The notes beneath the pieces were generated by a model, which made no database searches, was not told the origin of the DNA, and was given only the letters and a program-made list of their open reading frames with translations. Positions 1 to 13,689 of a stretch of 64,000 bases of DNA are shown here, in pieces (position 1 is the first letter of the stretch; each line of letters starts with the position of its first letter). This DNA comes from Podarcis pityusensis. Its lineage: Eukaryota. The stretch is from assembly GCA_964106645.2 (NCBI GenBank), contig OZ067043.1; one strand, 5' to 3'. The position numbers were made by a program, and so were the translations under genes.

Positions 1-689
1 GAGAGAGAGAGATCAGTATTTATATGATGGGTAATGAGCAACACTGAGGCTTCAGCTTCTCTATTACAAAAAAAGAAATTTACAAGCCTGCTTTTTTGTT
101 TAAACCTTCAGAGGATTTTTATATATTAGGATGCTATTGTGCAGGGAAGTCATAGTACATAGCTGTTTTATATTCTTTATATGGAGAAGGCCAATAAAAT
201 GGTAGCATCATTGCAAAGGGGCTAGCTAAATATTTAGAACTCTTGTCTCCTATTGGTCCGAAGATCTAGCAGATAACATCCATAATTTGAGTGCTGTAGT
301 GAGGGGTTCCTCAGCCTTTAAAAAATAAAATATTTAAATGAAATAAGGAGTTTAAAGTGTACAAAATAGTGAAGTGTGCCACTTATAATTGGTGATGTCA
401 TGAGAACTTTCAAATGGATGTTCTAATAGTTTTTTTTATTAAAGATTGTTGTGACACATTTTATTGTAGATGGAAATAGAAGTACCATCTTGAGTAAAAT
501 AACTATCTGCCTGTTTAGTTTTTCAGTATGTACATATATCTGGAAAAGCTCTTAGTTTCTACTTTCTGCTAACAAGCATACATCAGCAAATCAAGAACTG
601 AATGCATTATTTACTGCACTTTTGCAGTGTTGAAGTAATGAAACTAGAATATTTCTCACTAGTAAACTCACAATGCATACTATTTTCAT

Positions 690-855
690 GTAGCTGTCTT
701 CTATCACCAGATCTTTTGCTCTATCCAGACCAACGCTTTCTACTCTGGTAGTGTCACTCCAAGATATTGGGCAGAGATCTTTTAACAAGTGATGCCAGGG
801 ATTAAACTGGAACCTTCTGCACATGAACCATGTGTTTTACTACCAAGCTATGGGT
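690..855 (-). mobile_element. Degenerate Squam3-like SINE
   Basis: The reverse strand reads CCATAGCTTGGTAGTAAAACAC...GCAGAAGGTTCCAGTTTAATCCCTGGCATC, similar to 50399-50580. Confidence 0.55.
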
Positions 856-1516
856 TTTTCAGCTTAAAACACATTTAAACTGGTCAGCTGATTTCCATCA
901 AATTTGACTTTGAATTAAGGGAGCTGTCCTAAGCTGCCATGTAGAACAGCTGAGGGGCCATTTGATGCTGTGGACCTCCCTTATCAACAAAAGAGAGCTG
1001 CTTATGCTGCTATATCTAAAACTGTTATTTAAGCAGTCCTTGTGCAAAATTATGCTATCAAATCTATAAAGCAACATGAATTAAGGGGCAAGCAAGTGCC
1101 TTGCAAGCAGGTCCCTGTAGCTATTGCACATTATAGGCTGCATCTCACATTGTAGAATTTGGACCTAAGTCAATTGATTATAATGAGTCTATTCTGGGTA
1201 TGAGTTAGTCACAAACCATGCACAGAATTTAGAATTAGCCTCCATAGAATGGCCACTCTATGGGTGATAAACCCAGAGACACTCTCAGATTAAAACAGGT
1301 TTAAAATGTTAATAAATAATAGAATTATAGACCATCAAAAGTAGAATTTTGGAGCACTGATAATGTTCAGTATGACTGTAAAGCTGTTGTTTTTCAATTG
1401 CTTTCTCTCTTCTCCTGTTCTCTGTCTTAAAATCAGATAATCACCATCATTTGAATGTACAGTTATGTTTAATCTATTTAGCAGCTTTGCTGAACTAGTG
1501 CAATAACCCTCCAGAA

Positions 1517-1600
1517 CCTCCATATGTTTTAGACTACAACTCCCATCAGGCATTGCAAGTTGTAGTCTAAAACACCTGGAGGATATCAGGTTGGCAAAGG
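1517..1600. mobile_element. Palindromic MITE remnant
   Basis: CCTCCATATGTTTTAGACTACAACT pairs with AGTTGTAGTCTAAAACACCTGGAGG. Similar remnants lie near 6343-6435, 25049-25172, 28468-28540 and 30468-30573. Confidence 0.6.
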
Positions 1601-3217
1601 ATGCTCTACAACTTTGTGCAGTGATATCTTTATGTGGCATCCTCTCTCAGCTTATTCTCCGCTATAAATGCACAACGTTAAACTGATTCTTAAAAATACA
1701 AAACAAATATGGTTTTAAACTAATATAGGTTTATCCCCAGCAGAAACTTGTGTTGCTTAATCTGTAAATTTATCTGTAATGCAAGATAATTTCTGTCTAG
1801 ACAGGCCCTACAGACATGTTCTGAAACTCTAGCCCTACAAGAGACTTATTTTCATTCGAGCAGAATCATGTGCAACAGTTTGTTTCATTAGGCAAAGTGG
1901 CACATGGTGTTGGTAGAATTGTGGGGGCAGCAATTGGCCAGTGTCTTCAAAACGTTGGCTAAATAGGGACTGTTCTTTGGTTTTTATAAAATTAGAAATT
2001 TCCGTTGGCATGCCGTAGCTATGCTGTGCATACACAATGCATATCCCCTCTGATTTTCAGAGCTCTGAAATCCCTCAAAGGTTCTCAGCAATAACCTTCA
2101 GCAGCAGCTTGGTGAAAATCCTTCTTTATATGCCTTAGCTTTCCCCAAGCCCCATGGTGCAAGGCTTCATTTTCTTGTAACAGTTAGCATAGCTCCATCA
2201 GAAGCAGTAGGGGTAGCAGGATGAGTCAGTGGAGCTACAGGAGCTAAAAGTGCAGCCCAGAGAGCCCAAGAAAGAGTGGTGAGAGAAAACAGTCTGGTCC
2301 AAGCTATGTTGTAAGAAAGGCTGAAAAGAGGTTAAGTGTGGCAGGGGATAGAGGACATTGGTGGGGCCAGTGGCTACTAGAAAGAAGGACCCAAGCCTTC
2401 GGGGTCACATTCCCTTGTAGGCAACAGGGACCACAAGCAAAAGTGCATGGAGGAAAGGATAAAGGTGCTTGAGTTTGGAGTGATCTTGACGCTGGAGTTG
2501 TTGCAGTTCTGGTTGAAGTACCCAGGGCCAGAATCAATTATGTGTTGTGGGATCAGTTGTAGCTTAGTCTGCTAATGACGACGAAGTGCTGGCAGCAATA
2601 TATCTGACCACATGGCCTCTTGACTCATGTCCCTCATGGCTTTTTAAATCTAGCACAGGGGGTCTGATTGGTTGGGTCCAGAGCATGGTTAATGCTACAT
2701 TGTGTGAGGGGGTATTCCCTCTGCCTTGAAAGGGGCAGTGGCGTAGTCACTCTGCAAGAAACCAGCTCTGGATCCTTTAGACTGGAACAACTATCAACCA
2801 GTTACAAATACCCCTTTTGGGGGGGAAGGTGATGAAAAAAGTTGTGGTTTCCTCTTGTGCTTGATCTAAAAGCTGCAGTTAGTGCAAACCCTAAAATGAT
2901 GGCTGACAGGAGTGAGACTTTATCAGCATATAATACTTCTGCTCAGAGACCCGCACTGGTTCCTGATACGCTACCAGGTGAAGTTCAGAGTGTTGCTATT
3001 AGTATATAATGCCTTGAACATCTTGGGACCAGTTTATTTGTTGGATCATCTTGCCTGATTTGTGCCCACTTGACCACTTAGATTTGTGGAACTGGCATGG
3101 TTACATATGCTGCATAATACTTGTTCTGCATCTGTAAGAAATCAGTGCTTTAGCGTGGCAGCACCTCCACCTTGGACCTCCCTGCCGATTTGACTTCAGG
3201 CAGGCACCTTCACTGTA

Positions 3218-3467
3218 CAGTGGTACCTCTGGTTGCGAACGGGATCCGTTCTGGAGCCCCATTTGCAACCCGAACGGAACGCAACCCGCTTCTGCGCACA
3301 TGCGGGTTGCGATTCGCCACTTCTGCACATGCGCATGATGTCATTTTGCACGTCTACGCATGTGCGAGTGGTGAAACCCGGAAGTAACCCTTTCCAGTAC
3401 TTCTGGATCACGGCAGAACTCAACCTGAAAAAACGTATCATGAAGCAAACGTAAAGAGGTATGACTG
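3218..3467. mobile_element. Tc1/mariner (pogo/Tigger-type) MITE
   Basis: TA|CAGTGGTACCTC ... GAGGTATGACTG|TA gives an imperfect 12-bp TIR with a TA TSD. Confidence 0.85.
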
Positions 3468-5217
3468 TATTCTTTTCAGCCCCTGCTGAAAACATTTTTG
3501 TGTAGGCAAGCCTATCCAGACATGCAGAATGTTAACAAGTGTTTTAATCTGGTATTTAGCGTATTGTTTATTTTTATTCTCTGAATGTTTTGAATAGTTT
3601 TAAACTGTTTTGAACGGATAATTTTATTGTTTTGTTCTTCTTGTAAACTGATTTGAGCGCTTGTTACATTCAAATGATATAAAAATCTTGTGAAATAAAT
3701 GAATAAAATTTAACCTCCCGTACAAGAACTATCACTTTGCTCTATAGTGTCCTTCTTACAGTTTATAACAGAAGTTTTAATTCTATTTTTTAATTGCTGA
3801 AGTAAAAAAAGTTAACAAGAAGAATACACATTTTGCTCTTTGGATGGTGGTGAGCTGACACAATTTGTACGATACCTTAAAGTATATTAGCAACAATCAA
3901 AACTTTAGACTAACATTTTGGATAGTGAGTTTAATTTTTTAACAATGCTTGCTTGATCAATTCAGTAGAGGATGGCAACATTTTGATCCCAGTGGGCAGA
4001 AGATATAAAATATGAGCAGCTCAGGTTGGTGTGATGTATGTGCAAACTTTGGAATGTTATTGCACTCTTAACCTAGGAAATGGAAGGAAAGTTTCAGGAA
4101 TATATAGTGATCAATGCATATTGCCAGTTGTGCAAATAGCCAATTATCAACAATGTAACTTTTCATCCATGTAATTCAAGATTCTGCCACCACTCTAATA
4201 ATTTTACATAAGCCTAATTACTCCAGTGCGCTTTTACCTATTTTTGATCTTCCAATTTGATTAGAGCTAACCATAGTAAAAAAAAATATATATCTCTAAA
4301 CATTTGAGCTTCAATAACAATTTCTTTCAAGATGAAAAAGGTGTCCTGAATTTGAAAGTATAAAGGTGAACATTACATTACAATGCCTTTAGTCCCAAAA
4401 CTTGCCAAAGTTACTAGGGCAACCACATCTCCCAGCCTGCCAATCTACTCCCCCCCCCCACACCTACTCTTCAGCCATTCATGAATCCCCCTGTGCCATT
4501 TCCTTTGAGTTGTGCCAGTAGTGCACCATCACTTATGCACACCATCCTCATATTGCGGCTTAGTCACCAATGCTTTTTTTCTAACCTGGATATGGTCAGG
4601 CTGGAAGAAGATTCAAAGCACACTCCTGTCATCCATTCTTGACAAAAAATACTGTTGAAACAATTGCCGTCACAGGAATCAGCATTAACAGAAACAACAA
4701 CAGTAGCAGGAACAAACAGCTAGTGCATGTCCAAATGTCCTCATGCTCCACTTCCAAGAGTCAGATGAATACCCCACCCTGCATGTCCAATAGATGGGAC
4801 AAGCTCTGGACTGCAGCTGGTACTCTTTGTTGATAAACAAGACCTGCTTACTTTCAGTAACACATAGCAATTTAAAATAATAATAATAAAAAACAGATCT
4901 AGAACAATTTTACATTTTAAATATTGAAGGCAGGATACATATGAGATATGAGAACATAGGAATTGTCTCCTAAATCAGATCTAATGGTCCATCAGGTTCA
5001 GCATCTTGTTTCCACAATGGCCAATTTGATGCTTCTGGGAAGCCCCCAACACTTTGTGGCCAGCAATGGGCCAATTTTATTTTATTTTTTGCACCTTTGG
5101 GATTCTGCCCCCACCCCACAAGTTTGTTGTTCTGTACACAGTTTTTCCTGTATCTGTTGCTAACTCATTGTTCATAGATGGTGCCTACATAAGGATCCAC
5201 ACTTGTAGAGTATATAG

Positions 5218-5514
5218 CAGGGGTTGGCAACCTAAGGCCCATGGGCCACAAGCGGCCCACGGGGGATGTTTAACCAACCCACGAGCCGCCCCCGAACTGA
5301 GCCGCCCGCTCAGCGAGTCCCCCGCACTGCGCTAAACCAGTGCAGTGCAGTGCAGCGCAGGGGCTTGCTTCCACAGTGCCAGAAATCACACCTGCACAGA
5401 CGCAGATGCCAGAAATCGCAGGCATGCATACTCAGGCGCACACGCAATCCGGCCCATGAAGGGATCTCCACTGGAGTGAACCGGCCCAGGCGAGGTAAAC
5501 CTTGCCGACCCCTG
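5218..5514. mobile_element. Non-autonomous hAT element
   Basis: TIRs CAGGGGTTGGCAA / TTGCCGACCCCTG and a perfect 8-bp TSD GTATATAG (5210-5217, 5515-5522). Confidence 0.92.
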
Positions 5515-7439
5515 GTATATAGAATAAATATGTTCAAGTTTTTATAACTAGGATTCAGCAGAACTCAATATTGAGTTCGTGGACTACAATATAGGACATT
5601 ATGCTTGATTGCTAAATCAACTTTCATCATGACAAAATATTGAATAGTCTCCATTTCAGTGTCTGTTACATTAAAAATCCAAATTATTAAATGGGGGGAA
5701 AGCAATGAAACATTCAGAATTCCTTCTCTCTGCCCAACAGACTGCACTTCTACATTGTTCCTTCATAATGTGAACATAGGTGCAGACAATGCCTTCATTG
5801 CTATATCTAGTAAGAACCTATCAGATGCCAATTCAATCTATTTGTTCATGTAGTACAGTACTGACCACTAGAGGACAGCATGGTGGGGTAGTGGTGCTTA
5901 CCTGACCTCCTTGCACCTGCATCGCTGCTGCTTACTGGGTGGGATCAGCGCATGGCAGGGGGGAAAATGGTGTTCCTGCCAGTTTCTTCACCACAATGCA
6001 GTTTCCTATTGCCTCACCCCTCTCCTTCTCGGCAAGCAGCAGCAACTCAGCAGCCAGAAGTTTGGGTGAGTGCCACTGCCTCACCACGCCATCCAATCCA
6101 GTATTGGTATTGTCTCCCCTGCTGGCAAAATCTTAGAGCTGAGTAGGGCTAAAAGATCCAAGATCTAAGAGGAGGATCTAAGAATAATTTGCAAATGATC
6201 AGTGTTGTGTTTTACAATGCCACTGAAACAAGTTAGCCAACTAAACAGTATTTTCTGCATTGAGGTTTTCTCTCTATTCCAAAGCGAGAAAACCTCTATT
6301 TCTCTCTATGTCCCAGATGTCATCTATTCCAAACTCCTAATGCAGGGGTCTTCCTGATGTTGTAGGACTCTAACTTATACCAGGCCCAACTAGCATGGTC
6401 AATGGCCAACGTTATCTGAAAGGCCACAGGTTCCTAAGCTCTGTCCTAATGCAAGGCACAGCTACTCCATCCACTCGTATGCTAGTCACAATCAAAACAG
6501 GATCACATGTCACAAGCATAGAACAAGTTTTCTGCAGAAGGCCACTTGCAAATCAAATTTCTGTGAACAAGCCAAACCTCAGATTGCAGGGGCAGACACA
6601 GAAGAAAAAGAAAAGACAAGATTTAACTTTGAACAAAATTCCTTCTCATAGAGTTGCCTGATTTTGCTGCAGAATTCTCACTGCTGGAGAGGAACAAGCT
6701 GCCATGCAATTTAAGAAAGCATTATATTTGCATTCTCTCCTAGATATGCATGCCTCAAACCTTAAATATGCTGATCTGTGAGACCGTACACACAAACAAG
6801 ACTTGTCCACAAAGGGAGAAACCTTCCTGATTTAAACAGGCCAAAATAGCATCACAGAAACTGAGCATAAGGCACATTGCAAGCAGTAGTTTTAAAATAA
6901 TTTCAGTGAAAAAATTGTTTTACACTAGCAGATGGTTGAGATCCTTTAGTGGTCTGTTTTTACAGGTACTGTAGATACTGGACATTTTGCAACTACTTTT
7001 CAAGTTGAATGGTGTAATGAATGAATGAAATGACCAAAGGATTTTGGAAAGAGAGAAGTTACTCCAAGGACTGCACGATAGTGTACCCATTGGTTTCACT
7101 GGTGCTTCTTCCCAAACACTTGCGCTTAAAATTTAAGCATTCAGACACAGTTTCCTCAAACACACACCATGTGAATTAATGGAAGCAAGTCCATTAATTG
7201 CAAGGAAACTTACTTCCAAGTAATGGGTAAAACTGATCGCTTACTTCCACCGGATGGGATCATGAGTCTAGGCTCTAGGGTCTATGGAGCTTTCTTGTGC
7301 AAGAGAGGATTTCTGACCCCTTAAGTGGCAAGCCTACGCCTCCTTACCTGGGAGCAATTCCCAGAGAACTCAAAGGGGGCCACTTCCGAGTAAATGCACC
7401 TAGGATGGAACAGTGCACGCACTATTCAGCTAAGGGAAC

Positions 7440-7960
7440 CGGTGGCAGAATATTACATTTCGGGAAAGACCCGTCCTGCGCCGTGCAGCAAATCTGCAGT
7501 CGCCCAGTTACACCCCCCCCCCGTGCCTCCTGCTCTTCCCCACCCCCTTCCATTCATCGCGGCGTCCGCCTGCAGAAAGGGCTCGCACTGCGCAGAGAGA
7601 GAGAGAGAGAGCTCCCCTCCTTTTCTCCTTCCTTCCTGCTGCCGCTGCGGTGTTTGGAAGGAGGCCTAGTCTGTGCTGGCAGCGCTTTCCCGGCCGGAGC
7701 GCGCGCTGAAAGGAATTCCTGAGGCCGCGATTGGTCCAACGCTGGCCTCCGTGAGAACGGACCTCCTCCCCGTGTGTGTGGCTCCTATGCAAATTGCAGC
7801 GATTGCGGAAATCAGCGGGCTGGGAAGCGGGGGAGGGGAAGTCTGTCGAATCGATTGCAACTTCTGCAAAGTCTAACACAATCCAACGCACACAAGGCAA
7901 AGCCAGGGAGAGAGAGAGAAAATCTGAGAACCCAGCCAACCCGGCTTGGATCGCTTTCAA
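7440..7960. promoter_or_regulatory. CpG-rich upstream promoter candidate
   Basis: The block is CpG dense and has a reverse CCAAT (ATTGG 7730-7734), an octamer ATGCAAAT (7787-7794) and GA tracts. It precedes the ATG|GT at 8212-8216. Confidence 0.6.
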
Positions 7961-8211
7961 AAACAGGCTAGAGAGAGTCCATCACAAATCGTTTTGATTC
8001 GGAAGGTGTCATTTATTTATTTATATTTTAAAAAGCTTACCCAGCAGCTTGGTAATTAACTACCTTTTTAAAAAAAATTCTTTATGATTTTCAGTTGCTA
8101 GAAGTTTAGTTTATTTATTTTTTATGGAAAAGAGCAACGTGTGAGAACTAATGATGAAGCCCATTGACTCGACCTTTTAAAGTTTCTCACGTACTCTTTA
8201 TTTACATTGCC

Positions 8212-8214
8212 ATG
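8212..8214 (+). CDS. NFIA: Candidate alternative NFIA first exon contributing only the initiator ATG (M-DEFHPF isoform)
   Basis: ttGCCATG|GTACGT is a strong Kozak ATG immediately followed by a donor-like GT in phase 0. It lies just downstream of a CpG-rich promoter-like block. Splicing to 19775 gives GCCATGG and M-DEFHPF, an N-terminus known among NFI isoforms. Confidence 0.65.
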
Positions 8215-9585
8215 GTACGTGGACGCGTCTTCTTCAGCCTTTTATTTCCATGCTTTCAAAAACGGAAAAGAGAATGTGGTTGACGTGAGGTTTTAATGGC
8301 TATTGTATTGCAGATGTTTGCTTTGTAACCTGTGTTAATTGCTGCAAAGTAAGGTTTAACGGACTGCGTTTGCCCGTGTGCGCACTATATACCAGATAAG
8401 AGGCAGAGTGGGTGGGTTTTGCTGCGTGCACTAGACTTTTCTCCCCCCCGCCCCCCAGCGATCTGAGAAAACCGCTGAGCTTGCTCGGTGTAACCCCCCC
8501 CCCCAAAAAAATGTACGTGCTCAGCTCTGTAAAAAGACGTCTGGGATCGGCAGCCAGCCCAACACAAAAGGAAGCGTCTAGACTAGGGATGTAATTGACA
8601 AGCCCATTCTCTAATCAATGTAGCAAATGTCTATGATGGACTAGAGCGCCATCCAATAAGAGAACAGGCTGGATGTTGTAATGTTCAAAATATCCAAAGT
8701 GGAAGGAGGTGGAAAAGAGCGAGTGGCGTTCGTCCCTCCCTCTTCTTTAAAGTTCTCTCTGCTCGGCGCACCGAGGGATAGTTGGTAGCTGTCAAACCAG
8801 CGCAGAGCTATATAATACATTTGGATTTTGCTGAGAGATCTGTAATAACAAAACCAAGTTTTCTCTCAGTGAAAGTGCATGGCGCGATCAGTTCTGCTTA
8901 ACGTTGCATTCACCTTTGTGCTCTGTGATTGAAACCCTTGAGCGTTTCTGCAGCAACCTTGTCCCAAATATATACTCTGCTGCCGATATTTCTTATGCAG
9001 GAGAGGAGATGACACCAGTGAGCCCCCCCCTTTTCTGACTGCACTGTTGTTTTTGTTTGTTTGCTATTTTATTCTGGTGTGTTCCGATCATCGCCTGGTT
9101 CGAACCACTGTTACTCGTGATTGGGGGCATCCTAAGATATGAAAGTGCTTTGGAGGAATCGAGGGTGTCCCCCGCCCTTAACATGATTACAGGTCCCACT
9201 GATTGCACGGGGATTTACTCCCAAGTAGGCATGATTAGGGCGGAAGACTTCAAAGTGCTTTGGAGGACCCTGCCCTGTTGAATTCTTCTTCATGATCTCT
9301 GTTGCAAACTATGCTTCTATGCTTGACCGTTGGATGAGTCCCTCGAACGTGTGTATGCACTGCGTATTGGGTAGGCACGTCTGGAGTTTGTGACCCCTCT
9401 TCTTCATTTACTGGGACCAGTCAAAGATAAACACTTTGAACTCTCGTTGTTGATCTGAGCTGCAGTTTTAGGCACTCACTTGACTACCGTTTAAATCAGT
9501 GGGACTGAGAAGGGCTGAACTCTGAATCTCACCCAGCGAGTGAAATTTGCTTATGTGAGGAGGGATTGTGAGAATTGTAAGATCC

Positions 9586-9634
<49 letters not shown>
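9586..9634. repeat. Compound (GT)n(GA)n microsatellite
   Basis: Seen directly in the sequence. Confidence 0.97.
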
Positions 9635-9640
<6 letters not shown>

Positions 9641-9839
9641 AACGCGCGCACGGGTAGGTAGGTGGCATGATATATATTCCCTCTCTTCTCTTTCCTCCTT
9701 CCTGCACTGAACTCCAGAGAATTGGGAGAGTTAGAACTTGCTGGTTGGGAGCCAGGCTGGCTGTCTTTCTCTGGATCGGAGCTCTCAGTAGAAACCAAGT
9801 CCAACATAACCAACCACACACTTGCGACCGAAATAGCCT

Positions 9840-11240
9840 CTGGCAGCCCTTTCCGGTGTAAAACCCTCGCCTGCAGCCGTGCAGGAGGTCCTTGAGTCCT
9901 CGAGCTGGCCAAGGCCAGGGCTTTCCGAAACGCTTCGGGAACTTCATCGCAGACTCCTTAAGCCCGCTCTTCTAAAGCGGAAGTTTGGACGTCTTCTTCG
10001 CGCCGGGCAATGGACGCCAACGGGGCCCCCAGTTTCTCAGCGGCCAGGGCGCTCGAGTAGGCAGATCTCGCTTTAAGAGCCAAGGCAGCGAAATCCTCAC
10101 TAGAAAAGTAGCTGCGAGGAAACTACCCCGCTCTGACTTTTTTCCCGGGGGGGGGGAGACTACCCCCAATTGCTTTAAAGTAAAGAAAACTGCAATTGGG
10201 GGAGGGGAATGGCATGGAAAGTATCGACTAGTCGTGACTTCACTTGTCATTTGCCGGTGGTCGAGCGACTCTGCTCCGGAGCAAGCTCCCGCTTTCGACC
10301 AGCGGAACTAACCCCGAGGAAGTGGTTTAAAGATCTCTCTTGCCTAAAAAGTTTTTAAATCATATTAATGCGATTTCCCGTTAAGTCTCTCCTTGATATA
10401 TATTCAAGATGGTCCGTATAAGTGAACCCTCCGCGACGTAATTTATATATCTAAGAGGATTTCACCGAGGCTGGCGAGGTAAAAGTTTCTGCAAATAAAA
10501 CATGGCAAATGCAATGCCGGGCAGCGTGCCAGGTAGAATATGGATAGGAGGAGGGCTCACGGCAGAAAGTCTCTTCACAGAGAGACATATACCATTTCAC
10601 GGTAGCAGCAGCAGCAGCAGCAGCCTATAGCACTTTTCGAAGTTCCCCTTTTAAAGAGACAATGTTGGCTTCAGCCAGATCTTCGTCTGCAATGTTTTTA
10701 ATGAAGCGGGATCCTCTAAGTGTATTTGACCGCCTCTCTCCCTCTCCCCCGCCTCCCACGCTTCTTGTTATTTCTCTTTTTATACCCTCGGGACGACGGA
10801 CTTCCCCTCCTCCCCTCTGTGGGGGAATCTTCCTGAGGAAACCTTTTCGGGGGCTTGAAGCGAGGTTTGCGCCTCTTTTGAGGAGGGAAGCTTAAAGTTT
10901 ATATTATGTTTGTGCCTTGCCCAGCTACACACTCGTGTGTCTGTATGTTTATGGGGGATCCAGAGGGCGCGCGCGGATGTGAGAGCATTTTTGTGTAGGC
11001 TTCTCGGGAGGGGGTGGGGAAGGCGAGGAGGGAGCGGATGTGCAAAGGCTCAGTGCCTGAACTTGGATGCAACGTCTGCCTAGAGGGCGCAAACAATCAT
11101 CCCACGTCCAAAAGTCTTACGAAGGGCGCCAAAAGTTACTTAAGATAATATTCCTAACCACAAAGAGCTGGAAATCGTACGGCAAAGCCGTCTGCCAGCG
11201 ACGGCAGCGGAGCCAAGGGCCCGATCCTGCCTCGCTGACA
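9840..11240. promoter_or_regulatory. Intermediate CpG-rich block between the two promoters
   Basis: CpG is locally retained and GC is elevated. No exon could be assigned. Confidence 0.45.
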
Positions 11241-13689
11241 AATTAGCCTTCCCCTGTCTGCTTTGTGGATTAAGGGAAATCTTAAAACATCTCCCTAAGC
11301 ATTCGTAGGGATGCATATGTGTGTGTGCGCGCGTATATGTATGTATATGGGATGAATACACATACACAGAGAGGATTGATGTTTTATGGCACGTGAGACT
11401 GGGAAAAGGTGAAAAACATTAGTATATGTGTAAAATGATTGTGTTCTCTCTTGCTAAAACATATCCCACAGACATTTGGGTCTTATAAAGTACTATTCCC
11501 AGCTAACTTGTCTGCCTAGTCATGCCACCGTTCACACTATTCGCACAACTATGCTGTAAAGTCAGGCTGGGCTACAAGTCTGTGGCTAAAGCAGTGGTGC
11601 ATTTATTGCCCTGTTCACATTCTGCTGTCAGTTTCAGGACAAACACCCCTTTCTCAGTGTTTGTAGCAGCATCTCTGTACATTTTGAACAACTTGTGCAT
11701 GGTGGCAAATGCGGTGACTGGTTGGCCTAGCCTGGTTAAGAATAGGCACATGCAGGACTATCTGGTGACTGCTATGTGCTGAATTGGTTGTGGGAGCAGG
11801 CAGTATGTATACAATATGTAGGGAGCACAAAGGAGGTCAATGTATGACTACCATTGGACCACCAGCTACTCTTGGGAGAGAGGGGCAGATGAGTAAATAA
11901 AGGAAAGACATAGCATGCTAGGGAACAAATTGAAAGTCGTAAATCATAAGTGAGGTTTTTTTTATATAAAAAAATCAGTACTTTAGTCACTTCTTTTTCC
12001 TCAGTGTTTTAGCTTTTTGTAAGACTGTCAGCCAGAAAGTTCTGTCAAGGAAACTTGGAAAGCTGAGAGATCCCAGAAAAGGTTTAGTTGGGTGTGTTTC
12101 CATGTCATTATATCACTGACAGGTATTGGGCCATTCTTTTTATTCTTTTTTTAAAAGGTATGAATGAAAACTGAAGGTAATTTTGCACTTAGCTTAGACA
12201 TCTGCAATCCACAAATGATAATTTTAGTGAAGCACTCAACTTGGGAAAAGGAAGGGCCTCCAGGAGATAAAAATGATATAGCGACTTAGGCCTCCTCCCT
12301 TAATAGCCTTGGGCAATGTATTTTCCTCTAAAAGTCCTTGCAGTATTTTAAAACATTCTTAAATTCGAAACACCTAGATCTCTGGTCCACATCAGAAGTC
12401 ATGCATGCTGAATGTGGTATGTCTTGTGGTATTCTCTTCCTCTTTACGTGTTTTTTTTTTTTAAAAAAATTATGAATGGTTGTGGATATGCAAGTGTCTG
12501 AAAGCTGCAGCATTTGGGGAAATGAAAGGAAGACTAGAGAGGATGCCACTTAGGAGACTGAAGAAAGACTAGAGAGAAAATGTAAGACTCAATAAAAGAA
12601 AAGTTGTCTGACTGGAAACTTTCCAAACCCCCAAAACCAAACCTTTCTTGTGCCAAAACAATGCATTATAAGATAAATAAAGGACAGAAGGCTCAATTCA
12701 AAGTTGAGCAACTTTAAGTAGTAACTTTATTGCTTGAGGGTTGCAGTGCAGTTTTGAAGCTGTGCATTATTAGTAAAATAAGCATCCTTGGCTATAAAGT
12801 GCCCTGAGTTTTGTTTTTTAACCGACATTCATATGCCAAGAGCTAGAAAGTTCTGAACAAATGTGTTTGGCTCTACTCTCAGCTGGTGATCATGCTCTCA
12901 TACAAAGCAGTCCATACAAATATATCCACAATTATTAGAAGCCGCACACTTAATGTCTTATTAGCCTTCATATTTAAACAAAACAATGTAGAAAGCCCCA
13001 CCCATTAGTGCTTTATTTGGGGACACGATTTCTGGAAAAACAATTTGCAAAGTTTCAAATCCACAGTGCGCCGCGACTTGTCTGCCAGCCCTTAGGAAAT
13101 GCTCTGTATCTGTATCTATATGCTTTCTATGGGTGCTACTGCTACTGTAAGATTTCGGAAAGCCTCTTTCCGCATGAGACGAATGGCGAAAGTTTAGTCC
13201 AAAGTCCTTAAGACGATCTCCTTGAAGGTCTTGTGGATGAGGGTGGGGGTGGGGAGAGAAGTGGGGGTGGGGGAGAGCGAGAGCGTTCGTGGAGGGGGAG
13301 GGGAGCGCGAAAGCGGCAGAAATATGGAAAAGTAGTTTTGTTTGCTTAAGCACATCCTGCAGAGCCTCTCGCCGCTCGGGAGCCCTGCCTGCAAACGGCT
13401 CCTGCAGCTTGCGCTACCCAGTAATGCACTGAGAGTCTGGGATCGGGGATCGGGAGGGCTGGCCGAGCAGTAGCACCGCAGCCCCCCTCCCCCGGGCAAG
13501 GCAGCGAGCGAGCTGCTGCTGCTGCTGCTGGCGGAGCGGTGCAGAGCGGAGCAGCAGCAGGAGCAGGAGGCGCGCGGGCAGGTTCCCGGGGAAGCTGGAG
13601 GGAGCCGGGCGCTGTCGAGAGGCTGCCCGGGCTGCGAGCGCGGGGGGAAGTGCGCGCTATGCCTTTAACGCCCGGGCACAGGAGACATG

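Noticed and set aside
10518-10533. NFI autoregulatory site (CGGGC-N5-GCCAG)
   Set aside because: It is only a partial match to TTGGC-N5-GCCAA. I noticed no full consensus site near the promoters.
13389-13500. Possible counterpart of a longer mammalian NFIA N-terminal extension exon
   Set aside because: The resemblance is from memory only. There is a CTG rather than an ATG, an in-frame TAA after 11 codons, and no GT donor.
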